A DNA stretch of 64,000 nucleotides from an uncultured Nitrospiraceae bacterium. GTDB taxonomy: Bacteria; Nitrospirota; Nitrospiria; Nitrospirales; Nitrospiraceae. The position numbers were made by a program, and so were the translations under genes. A model generated the notes under the pieces. The model worked only from the letters and a program-made list of their open reading frames with translations. It did no database searches and had not been told where the DNA came from. Positions 20,492-30,181 of this stretch are shown here, one piece after another. Each line of letters begins with the position of its first letter. Position 1 is the stretch's first letter. The stretch is taken from assembly GCA_963706325.1 (NCBI GenBank), contig CAVPLT010000006.1, forward strand, positions 146,194-210,193, in the 5' to 3' direction.

Positions 20492-21769
20492 TCAGGCCTT
20501 GCGTGGCAAGGCCCGATGCGCGATGTCGGTTCGATAATGTCGTCCGTCAAACAGAATGGAAGGCAGGGCCCGGTAGACGTGTTCCCTGACATCAAGAAGA
20601 GACTGGCCCCAGGCCGTGACGGCCAATACTCGTCCCCCATCGGTCACTACATGCTCCGCCTGCCGCTTTGTTCCCGCATGGAACACAACGACCGGCGAGT
20701 CGAGCGGCTGGTCTGTCAATCCATGAATGGGCAAGCCGGTGCGGTACGGGCCGGGATAGCCGGGCGACGTCATCACCACACAGACCGCCGTGTCGCGATG
20801 CCATTCGACCGTGAGTTGATCCAGACGATGATCAACCACCGCCTCCATGATCTCGATCAGATCCGTCTTGAGCAACGGCACCACGACCTCTGTCTCCGGA
20901 TCACCCATTCGCGCGTTGAATTCGATGACATAGGGTGAGCCTTTCACCACCATAAGCTCTGCGTAGAGCACACCCTGAAAAGGACAACCGAGCCGAGCCA
21001 GCGCATCGACCGTCGGCTGCAGCACTTCACGCATCACCTGTTCTCGGAGCGCGGTCGACGCGATAGGCGCCGGAGCATAGGCGCCCATTCCACCGGTGTT
21101 CGGACCGGTATCGCCATCCCCCACCCGTTTGTGGTCCTGGGCCGGCAGCATTGGAACCACGGTCTTCCCATCGGTGAACGCCATGATGGTCAGCTCTTCG
21201 CCATCGAGAAATTCTTCGATCAAGACACGGTGCCCAGCTTGGCCGAAAACAGATTTTTCCATGGCGGCGCGGACTGCCTGCCGAGCTTCCTCGCGTGTCG
21301 TCGCCACCACCACTCCTTTGCCCTGCGCCAGTCCGTCCGCCTTCACCACAATAGGAACGGGGTGTTCCTCAAGATAGTTTAACGCCTGGCCCATCTGATC
21401 GAAGCTGCGTGCCGCCGCAGTCGGAATTCGATTGGCGGCCATGATGTCCTTAGCGAAGCTCTTGCTGGACTCCAGTCGCGCTGCGGCTTTGGTCGGGCCG
21501 AATATTCTCAGTCGCGCTTTTCGGAATTCATCGGCGATGCCCAGCGCCAACGGCGCCTCAGGGCCGACCACCGTGAGATCGATCTGCTCCTTGAGCGCAA
21601 ACGCCTTGAGCCCATCGAGATCATCCGCCTTGATCGGAACACAGGTGGCCAGACCTTCGATGCCGGCGTTCCCCGGTGCGCAAAAAATCTGCGGCTTGCG
21701 TGGGCTCTGGCTGATCTTCCAGACCAGGGCATGTTCGCGACCGCCACTGCCGACGACGAGAATCTTCAC
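20492..21769 (-). CDS. purD: Phosphoribosylamine--glycine ligase
   Basis: GSGGREHAL, VGPEAPL, KADGLAQGKGV, QDHKR, GPNTGGMG, EFNARMGDPE. Confidence 0.97.
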   Translation of the reverse strand: MKILVVGSGGREHALVWKISQSPRKPQIFCAPGNAGIEGLATCVPIKADDLDGLKAFALKEQIDLTVVGPEAPLALGIADEFRKARLRIFGPTKAAARLESSKSFAKDIMAANRIPTAAARSFDQMGQALNYLEEHPVPIVVKADGLAQGKGVVVATTREEARQAVRAAMEKSVFGQAGHRVLIEEFLDGEELTIMAFTDGKTVVPMLPAQDHKRVGDGDTGPNTGGMGAYAPAPIASTALREQVMREVLQPTVDALARLGCPFQGVLYAELMVVKGSPYVIEFNARMGDPETEVVVPLLKTDLIEIMEAVVDHRLDQLTVEWHRDTAVCVVMTSPGYPGPYRTGLPIHGLTDQPLDSPVVVFHAGTKRQAEHVVTDGGRVLAVTAWGQSLLDVREHVYRALPSILFDGRHYRTDIAHRALPRKA

Positions 21770-21845
21770 AGCTCAACCTTTACATGAAGTGATGAAAAGA
21801 TAGGGGACGTAGCTCATTCAGGGATTCCTTCTGAGCCTGTCCGTG

Positions 21846-21950
21846 AGGTTTCTCAAAATGGTCACCCATCAAGGCCCGAGTGAGTCCAGGCGCCGAGGCG
21901 TACGCTTGGTACGTTGAGACGGAAGGACGAACGAGAATGCGGCGGCGGAT
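21846..21950 (-). repeat. Family 1 hairpin repeat, copy B (partial)
   Basis: Minus strand CATTCTCG...CTCAACGTACCAAGCGTACGCCTC...CGGGCCTTGATG matches the core of copies A and D. Confidence 0.65.
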
Positions 21951-21954
21951 CTCC

Positions 21955-22080
21955 TGATGGCACTCAAACGGGTCGGCCAACAAGGCCGCAGGCAAGAAAA
22001 ACCCGAAGGCGTAGCCTCTGGCTACGTTGAGGATTTTTCGAGCCGAGCACGAAGTTGGAGGCCCGTTTCAATGCCCATCA
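21955..22080 (-). repeat. Family 1 hairpin repeat, copy C
   Basis: Terminal IR TGATGG-CActcAAACGGG...CCCGTTTcaaTGcCCATCA; minus-strand core CTCAACGTAGCCAGAGGCTACGCCT...CTGCGGCCTTGTTG; begins at the purH stop codon. Confidence 0.75.
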
Positions 22081-23631
22081 ATGGCGGAAGTGGCGCATGC
22101 CCGTCAAAATCATCGCCATCCCATGTTCATCCACCGCTTTAGTCACCTCGGCGTCACGGATCGAACCGCCGGGCTGAATGACGCAGGTAATCCCCGCCTC
22201 TGCCGCCGCATCGATTCCGTCACGGAAGGGGAAAAATGCATCGGACGCCATGACACAGCCCTTCACCGTCGACTGGGCCTTCATGACGGCGAGTTTCACA
22301 GAATCGACCCGGCTCATCTGCCCGGCGCCGATCCCCACAATTTCACCGGGACGGCCGTAGATGATGGCGTTGGACTTCACATGCTTACAGACCACCCAGG
22401 CAAATGCACAGGCCGCATATTCCTCTTCGGTCGGCTTCCGCGAGGTCGGAACCGCCAAGGCTTTGATGTCCTTGATCACGCCCAAATCACGATCCTGCAC
22501 GATTAACCCACCCACCAATTTCTTAAGATCGTATCCTTCGGCGGTGGCTTTTGTGAGCGGACCGACATCCAGGAGGCGAATATCTTTTTTGCGTTTCAGT
22601 TCAGCCAGCGCGTCTTCCGCAAAGCCCGGCGCAATCACGACTTCGACAAACGTCGAGGTGATCTCCTTCGCCGCCGCGAGATCTACGGGGCGATTAAAGG
22701 CGATCACGCCTCCGAACGCCGACACCGGATCGGTTGACCGAGCCTTCACATAGGCCTCTACCGGAGTTGCACCAAGTGCGCAACCGCAGGGGTTATTATG
22801 TTTGATGATCGCGACGGCCGTCTGATCAAACTCCTTCACGAGTTCGAGCGCCGAATTCGAATCAAGGAAGTTATTGTAAGACATAGCTTTGCCGTGCAAA
22901 ATTTTTCCGCGCGACACGGCCGGTTCTTTGGCGTTCACTTCCCGGTAGAACGCCCCCTGCTGATGGGGATTTTCTCCGTAGCGCAGCGTCTCCACACGTT
23001 CAAACTGGAGGGAGAGGATGGCGGGGAATTTTACCTCACTCCCCTGCACCTGTTTCTCAAGGTAGCCTGCGATGAGGCTGTCGTAGCGAGCGGTATGCTG
23101 AAAGACCTTCATGGCAAGTTCGAGCCGCAACGCCGGCGTGACGGAGTCGGCTTTCAAAGCCTCCAGCACGCGACCATAGTCGGCCGGATCAACAAGGACC
23201 AACACGTCTTCATGGTTCTTCGCCGCAGACCGCAGCATAGACGGACCGCCGATATCGATATTTTCAATCGCTTCCTCAATCGGACAATTGGGCTTCGCAA
23301 TGGTCGCTTCAAAGGGATACAAATTCACCACGACAACGTCGATGTTGCCGATGCCATGTTGCTGCATCTGCGATACATGGTCGGGAACCCGGCGACGGCC
23401 GAGCAAACCGCCGTGAATTTTTGGGTGTAACGTTTTGACCCGGCCATCCAGGATCTCCGGGGACCCCGTGTAAGCGGCAACATCCGTGACCGCCACACCC
23501 GCTTCTCGCAAGGCTTTCGCGGTGCCGCCGGTAGAAAGTACCTCGGCACCAAGGGAAGCCAAGCCTTTGGCCATTTCGACGACTCCAGTCTTGTCAGAAA
23601 CACTGATCAGTGCCCGCGCAATGCTGGCCAT
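22078..23631 (-). CDS. purH: Bifunctional AICAR transformylase/IMP cyclohydrolase
   Basis: [41 protein letters not shown]. Confidence 0.98.
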   Translation of the reverse strand: MASIARALISVSDKTGVVEMAKGLASLGAEVLSTGGTAKALREAGVAVTDVAAYTGSPEILDGRVKTLHPKIHGGLLGRRRVPDHVSQMQQHGIGNIDVVVVNLYPFEATIAKPNCPIEEAIENIDIGGPSMLRSAAKNHEDVLVLVDPADYGRVLEALKADSVTPALRLELAMKVFQHTARYDSLIAGYLEKQVQGSEVKFPAILSLQFERVETLRYGENPHQQGAFYREVNAKEPAVSRGKILHGKAMSYNNFLDSNSALELVKEFDQTAVAIIKHNNPCGCALGATPVEAYVKARSTDPVSAFGGVIAFNRPVDLAAAKEITSTFVEVVIAPGFAEDALAELKRKKDIRLLDVGPLTKATAEGYDLKKLVGGLIVQDRDLGVIKDIKALAVPTSRKPTEEEYAACAFAWVVCKHVKSNAIIYGRPGEIVGIGAGQMSRVDSVKLAVMKAQSTVKGCVMASDAFFPFRDGIDAAAEAGITCVIQPGGSIRDAEVTKAVDEHGMAMILTGMRHFRH

Positions 23632-23953
23632 GAGGAACTCCTTCAAGTATCGCTATCGTGTGGGTGAGTAAATATCAGACGAAAAGCGGCGTGAGAATAT
23701 CAGATGGCCGGAGGCCACTGCAAGCCGACAACGGTCCATGCCTTGAAAAAGCAATCCGGTGATACTGAATTGATGCCATGACCCTCACGAATGCCGCTAG
23801 CATGCATCTGAGCGATATGATACCCTGCCCGTTAGCGCGTGACGTGACGCAATAATTTAATGAAGTAACGCTCGAAGTCTGAAGACAACTCCAACCCTCT
23901 AGAACTTGGATGCCGCAGTCGGGCCTCGCGCCTGGGGCAATAAGGGCTTGCGC

Positions 23954-24847
23954 ATGTCGCGCGGAATTATTCTCGGAGTCGGACTCCTTGCTCTCACATT
24001 CCTGGCGTTCCTCTGTATCCCTCGCCATCTGCCGGGGACGCCGTCCGCGTCTGTCCGCCCTAGCTTCAGCGCCAGCCTCGAGAACGGGCAATTGACGCTC
24101 TCCGGTGTCGTGGGCAGCGCAGAAGCGAAACAGGCTGCGCTGGATCGTGCCCACGAGTTGGCGAAGATCGGCAAACTACACGTCACCGATGACCTCAAGG
24201 TCGTGGCGGGTAGCGATGGAGCCGGATGGGAAACTCTGTTGCCCGCGCTGCTCACGCCATTCTCAACCTTGCATCACCATCAGGCCACCCTGTCGGTTTC
24301 GGGTCACACCGCCACGGTCAAAGGCGCCGTCGCATCCGGCGAGGCGAAAACAACACTTCTTCATGATGTGACAGCACTTCTCGGCGCCTCGATGAAAGTG
24401 CAGGATCAAGTGGTCGTCACGCCGACCCTCATGGCCGACCTTCCTGCCGGCCAAGCACCGGCGATTCCGCATCAATCCCGCGCCCGGGTTCAGTCAGGTC
24501 TCGATGAGCTGTTGCGAGGGGAGCATATCGCATTTGAGAGCAACAGCGCCGTCCTCACCTCCAAAGGACGATCCGTGATCGACAAACTGGTTCCGGCCCT
24601 TAAACGTGCGCCCGATGCGGTGATCGAAATCGGCGGGCATACCGATTCGTACGGCGATCCTGATTACAACCTGCAACTGAGTCGCATGCGGGCCGAAGCA
24701 GTCCGTCAGTATCTGGTCGACCACGCGGTGACGAATCGCCTCACCGCCGTCGGATATGGATCGACGCGCCCACTTGCCCCCGAACGGACGCGCGCCGCGT
24801 CAAAAAAGAACCGGCGCATCGAATTTCGCGTGAAAGAGGAACGGTGA
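23954..24847 (+). CDS. Membrane-anchored BON + OmpA-C-like peptidoglycan-binding protein (ArfA/OmpATb-like architecture)
   Basis: N-terminal TM; BON-like LTLSGVV/VKGAVAS segments; GHTDSYG..YNLQLSRMRAEAV, NRRIEF. Confidence 0.85.
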   Translation: MSRGIILGVGLLALTFLAFLCIPRHLPGTPSASVRPSFSASLENGQLTLSGVVGSAEAKQAALDRAHELAKIGKLHVTDDLKVVAGSDGAGWETLLPALLTPFSTLHHHQATLSVSGHTATVKGAVASGEAKTTLLHDVTALLGASMKVQDQVVVTPTLMADLPAGQAPAIPHQSRARVQSGLDELLRGEHIAFESNSAVLTSKGRSVIDKLVPALKRAPDAVIEIGGHTDSYGDPDYNLQLSRMRAEAVRQYLVDHAVTNRLTAVGYGSTRPLAPERTRAASKKNRRIEFRVKEER

Positions 24848-24851
24848 ACGT

Positions 24852-26102
24852 ATGGGAGCCATGATTCTGCAAATGGTGGGGTGCTTACTCGTAGCCGCGG
24901 CCATCGGGGTGATGATGGGATGGCTGCTCCGGAGCTTTGCGACCTCTGAAAAACGCCAGCAACTATCCGAGATCGCCGGTCGGCTTCGAGGACGTGAACA
25001 CGAGCTGGATACGCTCAATCATGAATTGAAAGTCCGCACGTCGGCCGTCCAGATGCTGGAAGGCAAGATGATGACCTCCGAGGCGGCGCTCAAAGACCTC
25101 ACCGCCGACCTCGCCGCGAAGGTCGAGCAGCTGACCGCCTTGCAAACCGAGGTGGCAGAAAAAGGCGTACGGCTGCACGCGGTGCAACGTGAGCGCGAGA
25201 CCCTCCGGCGCGAGGTCGAGGAAGCCGAGGCGACCCTCAACGCAAAGGCGGCGGGATTTGCGGAGATGCAGGCACAGATGGAAAACGCCGAGGACGTGCT
25301 AATCAGCCGCGACCAAGAAATTGCCACGTTAAAAACCTGGGTCGAGCAACTGGCGCCGAAAGATGCAGAAATCGCTCGCTTGCGGGCGCGTATCGAAGAG
25401 TTAGATCCGTTTGTAGAACGAAGCCGCCGATTGGAACGGGAGCAAGAACAGGAACGGGCGCGTGCCTCCACCGCGCTGCGCGGGAAGGAAGGGGAGCTCG
25501 CCGCCCATCAGGCGCGCCTCATGGAGATGGACACGGCACTCGCTCGTGTGCGAAATCAGAGCCAGGAAGACCTGACGCGTTTCGGGGAGACCGTTGAGGA
25601 ACGAGACAGGGAAATTCAGCAGCTACGAGCCACTGTCGAAGAACTCAACATGTTCCGTGGAGAAGTCGAAAAGAAGGACATTGCCCTCCGCGAAGCAGAA
25701 GAGCGCCGGGTCATGGATGTCAGCGAGCGTGAAGAAGAAATCGGAGCCCTCCGAAAACGGCTGGTCGAGTATCGCGCGGCTCAGCGTGTTGGGGCGCCAG
25801 CAAAATCCACAGGGTCAGTCGGATCGACTGCGCACAGCGCGCCCGCCGCCGGGCAAAGTGGAGGAAAAGCACGGCCGCATCAACAAGACGATCTGAAACA
25901 GATCCACGGGATCGGACCGGTGATGGAACGAGTGTTGAATCGCATGGGCATGTTCACCTTTCGGCAGATTGCCGAGTGGAAGGACCAGGACGTCGAACAC
26001 ATGGCGTCGGAGCTCAACACCTTCCCGGATCGCATTCGCCACGACAACTGGATCGCCGGCGCCAAGGAGCAGCATTTCATCAAATACGGCGAGGAACTGT
26101 AG
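24852..26102 (+). CDS. N-terminal TM + long coiled coil + C-terminal helix-hairpin-helix (COG3743-like) protein
   Basis: LVAAAIGVMMGWLLR; ~270-aa heptad region; DDLKQIHGIGPVMERVLN...FRQIAEW...RIRHDNW. Confidence 0.8.
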   Translation: MGAMILQMVGCLLVAAAIGVMMGWLLRSFATSEKRQQLSEIAGRLRGREHELDTLNHELKVRTSAVQMLEGKMMTSEAALKDLTADLAAKVEQLTALQTEVAEKGVRLHAVQRERETLRREVEEAEATLNAKAAGFAEMQAQMENAEDVLISRDQEIATLKTWVEQLAPKDAEIARLRARIEELDPFVERSRRLEREQEQERARASTALRGKEGELAAHQARLMEMDTALARVRNQSQEDLTRFGETVEERDREIQQLRATVEELNMFRGEVEKKDIALREAEERRVMDVSEREEEIGALRKRLVEYRAAQRVGAPAKSTGSVGSTAHSAPAAGQSGGKARPHQQDDLKQIHGIGPVMERVLNRMGMFTFRQIAEWKDQDVEHMASELNTFPDRIRHDNWIAGAKEQHFIKYGEEL

Positions 26103-26197
26103 CAACGACGCGATTCCGGTACGCCTGTACAGCGCCCGTTGAGCCCCTCTCCCTTCTGTGTGTCTTCGACTGTCTCCTACCATTGGCGAGTCCAGCG

Positions 26198-26980
26198 ATG
26201 ATGACCTCAACATTTTGTTTACTGCCTGGTGTCGGCGTTCGAACGGAACGTCGATTCTGGCGCGAAGGTCTCTCCACGTGGGACCGATTTCTTGCGACTG
26301 TCGAGGTCCGGGGAATCAGTGCCGCTCGCAAGGCGCTTTTCGATACCCGGATCGCCGAGGCTCGCGCGCAGTACGCTCAGGACAACAGCCGATATTTTGC
26401 CAAGGCCCTGCCTTCCCGTCACCAGTGGCGGCTGTATGAATGGTTGCGCGAGCGAGCGCTGTATCTCGACATCGAGACCGACTCTTTTGGCCGCATCACC
26501 GTGGTGGGACTTTACGGCCGGGGCAGCTATACTGCATTCGTGCGCCACGAATCGCTGGGGCTGATTCGTCTTCGAGAGGAGTTGGCACGCTACGATCTCC
26601 TCGTGACCTTTTGTGGTTCGACATTCGATCTTCCCATGCTGCGCGCGCACTTCCCCGACCTTCCACTCGAGCAGCCCCATATCGATCTCTGTGGGGTCGG
26701 TCGGCAACTCGGCTATCGTGGCGGGCTCAAGGCGATCGAACGCAAGATGGGCATTGATCGGATGCCTGAGATCCAAAGCTTCTCAGGTGAAGATGCCGTC
26801 CGGCAATGGAACCGGTGGACGCATCAACGGGATGAGCAGGCGCGGCAATTGTTGCTGGCCTATAACGAAGCGGATTGCGTGAACCTCCAGCCCCTCGCCG
26901 ATGCCTTCTACTGTCGGCTGGTCCAAGCCTCAGGGATCGCAGACCTCCCGTGCAACCTGTCACTCACAACTTGGGAATAA
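26198..26980 (+). CDS. YprB/RNase_H_2-family DnaQ-like exonuclease
   Basis: YLDIET, TFCGSTFDLP, HIDL, GGLKAIER, YNEAD (ExoI-III motifs); N-terminal LPGVG. Confidence 0.85.
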   Translation: MMTSTFCLLPGVGVRTERRFWREGLSTWDRFLATVEVRGISAARKALFDTRIAEARAQYAQDNSRYFAKALPSRHQWRLYEWLRERALYLDIETDSFGRITVVGLYGRGSYTAFVRHESLGLIRLREELARYDLLVTFCGSTFDLPMLRAHFPDLPLEQPHIDLCGVGRQLGYRGGLKAIERKMGIDRMPEIQSFSGEDAVRQWNRWTHQRDEQARQLLLAYNEADCVNLQPLADAFYCRLVQASGIADLPCNLSLTTWE

Positions 26981-27047
26981 TGCAGCAAGGAGAATGGGTA
27001 AACCTGAATCTAGTGGAGTCGTTTGGAGGGAGCACGCGCCGGGAGCG

Positions 27048-27371
27048 TCAGCCTCGACGACTTGGGGCTCGTGACGCTGCCCCTTTCTTGATAGCCTTCT
27101 TCGTAGTGGAGGCAACCGTTCGGCGATGTAATGTGGCCGCACCGTTTTTCGTATCGAGACGGACCGCGCACTGTTCGATGAGTTCGTGAGGGGTCATACG
27201 AGCATACGTCGCCGTCAGCTGCACTTCGGCAACAAATTGATTGATGCCTGCCACCGGTCGCCATCCGACCTGGACGCCATGTCTGGCCGCAACGGCTGCT
27301 TTTGGCACCAACGCCAGAATTCCCCCTTCGTTATCATGCACCACGTAGTAGCCTGTCTTCATCGCGTTCAC
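27048..27371 (-). CDS. Hypothetical protein with basic C-terminal tail
   Basis: 107-aa ORF; GTGA overlap with the upstream gene. Confidence 0.6.
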   Translation of the reverse strand: MNAMKTGYYVVHDNEGGILALVPKAAVAARHGVQVGWRPVAGINQFVAEVQLTATYARMTPHELIEQCAVRLDTKNGAATLHRRTVASTTKKAIKKGAASRAPSRRG

Positions 27372-27700
27372 CGAGCCGGGGCCACAACCATGCGTGGACG
27401 AAAGGTTGCGCTCTCCCGGCCGGCGTTACGCCACGTCGCGAGCCAGTTGGTGTTGGCAGGCCCGGGCGAGGGACGACGTTCTCGGACCGGACGCTGGGTA
27501 ACGATCTCAACCGTCGCAGCAGGAACCGGACGATCAGGACGCACATCCGTATATTCCGGCACGGCGCTCATCCAGTACCACCGATCCGGTTCGATCAGCG
27601 AGTGACCGTTTCCATCCACCACCCAATGCAGCAGCGTCACGTCCACGCCGGGAGCGAGCACCACCTCCGGCCACGTGTAGACATCGACCGTCACACCCAT
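27368..27700 (-). CDS. Hypothetical Trp-rich beta-type protein
   Basis: GGAGGA RBS before ATG 27700; has its own promoter upstream. Confidence 0.65.
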   Translation of the reverse strand: MGVTVDVYTWPEVVLAPGVDVTLLHWVVDGNGHSLIEPDRWYWMSAVPEYTDVRPDRPVPAATVEIVTQRPVRERRPSPGPANTNWLATWRNAGRESATFRPRMVVAPAR

Positions 27701-27789
27701 ATCTTCCTCCATGCTTCTTGATGGCGCCAGCAGCCTGAAAGCCCTGCTCGCACCGGATCCTGTACCCGGGAGTATACGCGACGGACGGG

Positions 27790-27818
27790 AGTATACCGAG
27801 CACTTCAGAGCTGGTCAA
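27790..27818 (-). promoter_or_regulatory. Sigma70 promoter overlapped by an 11-bp direct repeat
   Basis: TTGACC-17 bp-TATACT; CGGGAGTATAC at 27767-27777 and 27786-27796. Confidence 0.6.
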
Positions 27819-27913
27819 ACCACCCATCGATGCCGAGGCACACACGTCGCTCCCCTGTCGCGCGTCAACTATCGCCCGAAATGACTCCTGCCTCACCCTA
27901 CGCCCTGATCTCT

Positions 27914-28771
27914 TTAGTACAAAATCGAAGGAAGGAACGCGCCGGAGGGATGCTGATACAGACCATAACTCATCAACGTCATTGGATAGACCACGCGCAG
28001 GCCGTGCTCGAGACACCAACGGAGCAGGTCGCCATTTCGCGTCGGCAGCAGGAAGCCGGGACTTTGGAAGGCCGGCGTCGCCCCGATCAATGCTTTCAGT
28101 TCTTCGTTTGTCCGCCCGACGGCATGCCCAAAAAACCCGATCAGTGTGGCATACCCAGTGATACTTCCATCGTGCTCCACCACGAGGGCGCTTCCTTGCT
28201 TGGTCGCCTCGAACAATTCGCGCTTGCGATCGTGCCCATGCACTTGAAGACACAACTGGTTGCAGGCATCCAGATCTCCAGCCGTCGCCGGCCGTACCGC
28301 ATAGCCGGGAAGCTGGATGCCGATGAGGGGACCCTGCATCACGGACAGCGGTTCGCGCGCATCGAAGCCGAGCTTACTGTACAGAGAGAGGGAGCGGTTG
28401 TGGTACGCGGTCTGAACCAGACGTACACCGGCAAAATACTTGGCGCGGGCACGATCCATCACACGGTCCATCAATTGACGCCCAATAGAACCGTTTTGCA
28501 CCGACGGGTCGACCGTAATCGGTCCCACACCGGCAATCACATCTCCTTCCCACAAAAAGTTACTCCCGACGATGCCTCGTTCCATCTCTGCAACCACCGA
28601 GTACACATCGTCTCGTGAGAGCAACATCATCAGGAGACTGACGGCCGACTCCGGCTGCGGAAAATCGACCGGGAAGTTGTGCTGCTCTGCGATGAGCTTG
28701 AAGGCGTCGTAAAAAACCGCGCCGCAGGCTTGCGCGTCCTCGAGTATGCCTGGTCGAAACGTCGCTTGCAT
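27914..28771 (-). CDS. GNAT N-acetyltransferase (tandem GNAT, YitH-like)
   Basis: ITVDPSVQNGSIGRQLM (motif A), LYSKLGF, second VRPATAGDL domain. Confidence 0.85.
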   Translation of the reverse strand: MQATFRPGILEDAQACGAVFYDAFKLIAEQHNFPVDFPQPESAVSLLMMLLSRDDVYSVVAEMERGIVGSNFLWEGDVIAGVGPITVDPSVQNGSIGRQLMDRVMDRARAKYFAGVRLVQTAYHNRSLSLYSKLGFDAREPLSVMQGPLIGIQLPGYAVRPATAGDLDACNQLCLQVHGHDRKRELFEATKQGSALVVEHDGSITGYATLIGFFGHAVGRTNEELKALIGATPAFQSPGFLLPTRNGDLLRWCLEHGLRVVYPMTLMSYGLYQHPSGAFLPSILY

Positions 28772-28927
28772 GGAGAAGTTCCTCCCATTGACCGACCCGT
28801 GCCATCAGCACTCGAATGGGCACAGCGATTCCACCAGCGTACGTTTCGAGGTTGAGCACGTGTCAACGTGCCACGCAGGTTTGATCAGCAGGATAGGTTT
28901 AGCCGGAATCTTCTCGACGATGCGCCC

Positions 28928-30124
28928 TTACTCGGCGATATTCGGACGCAGGACATAGGGTCCATACACCGCAGCGAATAAGAGATAGGCGCCGCTCCAG
29001 CTCAGCGCAGCGGTCGCCAACACGTAATTCGTTGGAAGACCTGTGCTCGGGCCAAACACTCGTACCAACGCGGCAACCGTCACCAAGAGGTAGATGCACA
29101 CCGTGGCAGGTCCTGCATGCCGAGGGCGTCCTGTGTGACCTAAACTTGCCCGCGTCATCACCGCCAGCGTCATCACACCGATCGCGCCGGTCGTCAGGGC
29201 ATGGACGGCATCCTCTTTCGTGAGACCGATGTCCAGGATCGCACCTCCCAGCAGAAGCATAGCCAACGCCAACCAGCTATAGCCCCAGTGCAAAATAAAC
29301 ACTAATGGCTCGCGCCAGGTGAGCCAGCCGTACCAGCGCGATAAACGCGCCACAGTAGCGAACCCCGCCGTCACCAATAACCAGCCTGTGATGATGCTCT
29401 GCGGTCGCACTGCCCAAGCACCTACCGCCATAGCCACAAGGAAGATACATAGGCCGTCGAAACGCGAAAAGGCCGCAGGCTGCCGGGTCGCTTGTTGTGC
29501 AGCCAAATATTCTCTAGTGAAATTGGGGACGAGGCGGCCACCGATCAGAGTAAGGAGCACCATGATCAACGCCAGGGCTACACGTACGGCAAAATCAATC
29601 TCTTCTCCACTCACCGCCCTGATGTGGAACACGATATTCGCGCCGGCATACAGGCTGATGACCCCTGCCACGGGAGCCTGGTTCCAACTTCCTCCGGCTG
29701 AAAGCTCTCGCCAGACCAACCCTGCCACTACGACGAAAAAACTTCCATCGATGAGGGCCGACGAAACGGGCGCGAGCAAGGGAACCGCCATCACGAGACG
29801 TCCGGATAGCCACAGGGCAAACAACAGTATCAGCGCGCGGCCTTGCATCGGCGGTCGGTCGGTCCAATTCGGAACCGCCGTCAGCAGAAAGCCGGTGATC
29901 ACCGCGGGAAGAAAACCAAAAATCATCTCGTGCACGTGCCAGTCCCGAGCGACGGAGAGCGCCGTGGAACTCCCCCCTCCGGCCAGCATGAGCATCCAGG
30001 CTGGGACGGCAAATCCGGCAAACAACGCCGCGCCGAGAAAGAATGGTCTGAATCCATTGGAGAAGAACACAGATCCTTGTGAGATCAGCTCCTCGTCACG
30101 GTGGTCAGTCGTACCGATTTTCAT
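28928..30124 (-). CDS. nnrS: NnrS family membrane protein (NO response)
   Basis: GFRPFFL, WHVHEMIFGF, GFLLTAVPNWT, GRLVPNFT, HALTTG, MTRASLGHTGR. Confidence 0.93.
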   Translation of the reverse strand: MKIGTTDHRDEELISQGSVFFSNGFRPFFLGAALFAGFAVPAWMLMLAGGGSSTALSVARDWHVHEMIFGFLPAVITGFLLTAVPNWTDRPPMQGRALILLFALWLSGRLVMAVPLLAPVSSALIDGSFFVVVAGLVWRELSAGGSWNQAPVAGVISLYAGANIVFHIRAVSGEEIDFAVRVALALIMVLLTLIGGRLVPNFTREYLAAQQATRQPAAFSRFDGLCIFLVAMAVGAWAVRPQSIITGWLLVTAGFATVARLSRWYGWLTWREPLVFILHWGYSWLALAMLLLGGAILDIGLTKEDAVHALTTGAIGVMTLAVMTRASLGHTGRPRHAGPATVCIYLLVTVAALVRVFGPSTGLPTNYVLATAALSWSGAYLLFAAVYGPYVLRPNIAE

Positions 30125-30181
30125 AAGTGAGTCCCGAGGCAATCGGAAAAAGGTTTGGCACCGTAAGAATGAGTTGATGGG

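Noticed and set aside
23632..23950. ZMP/ZTP riboswitch upstream of purH
   Set aside because: I could not find the conserved GACUGGCG / GCCUGGGC-type elements on the minus strand.
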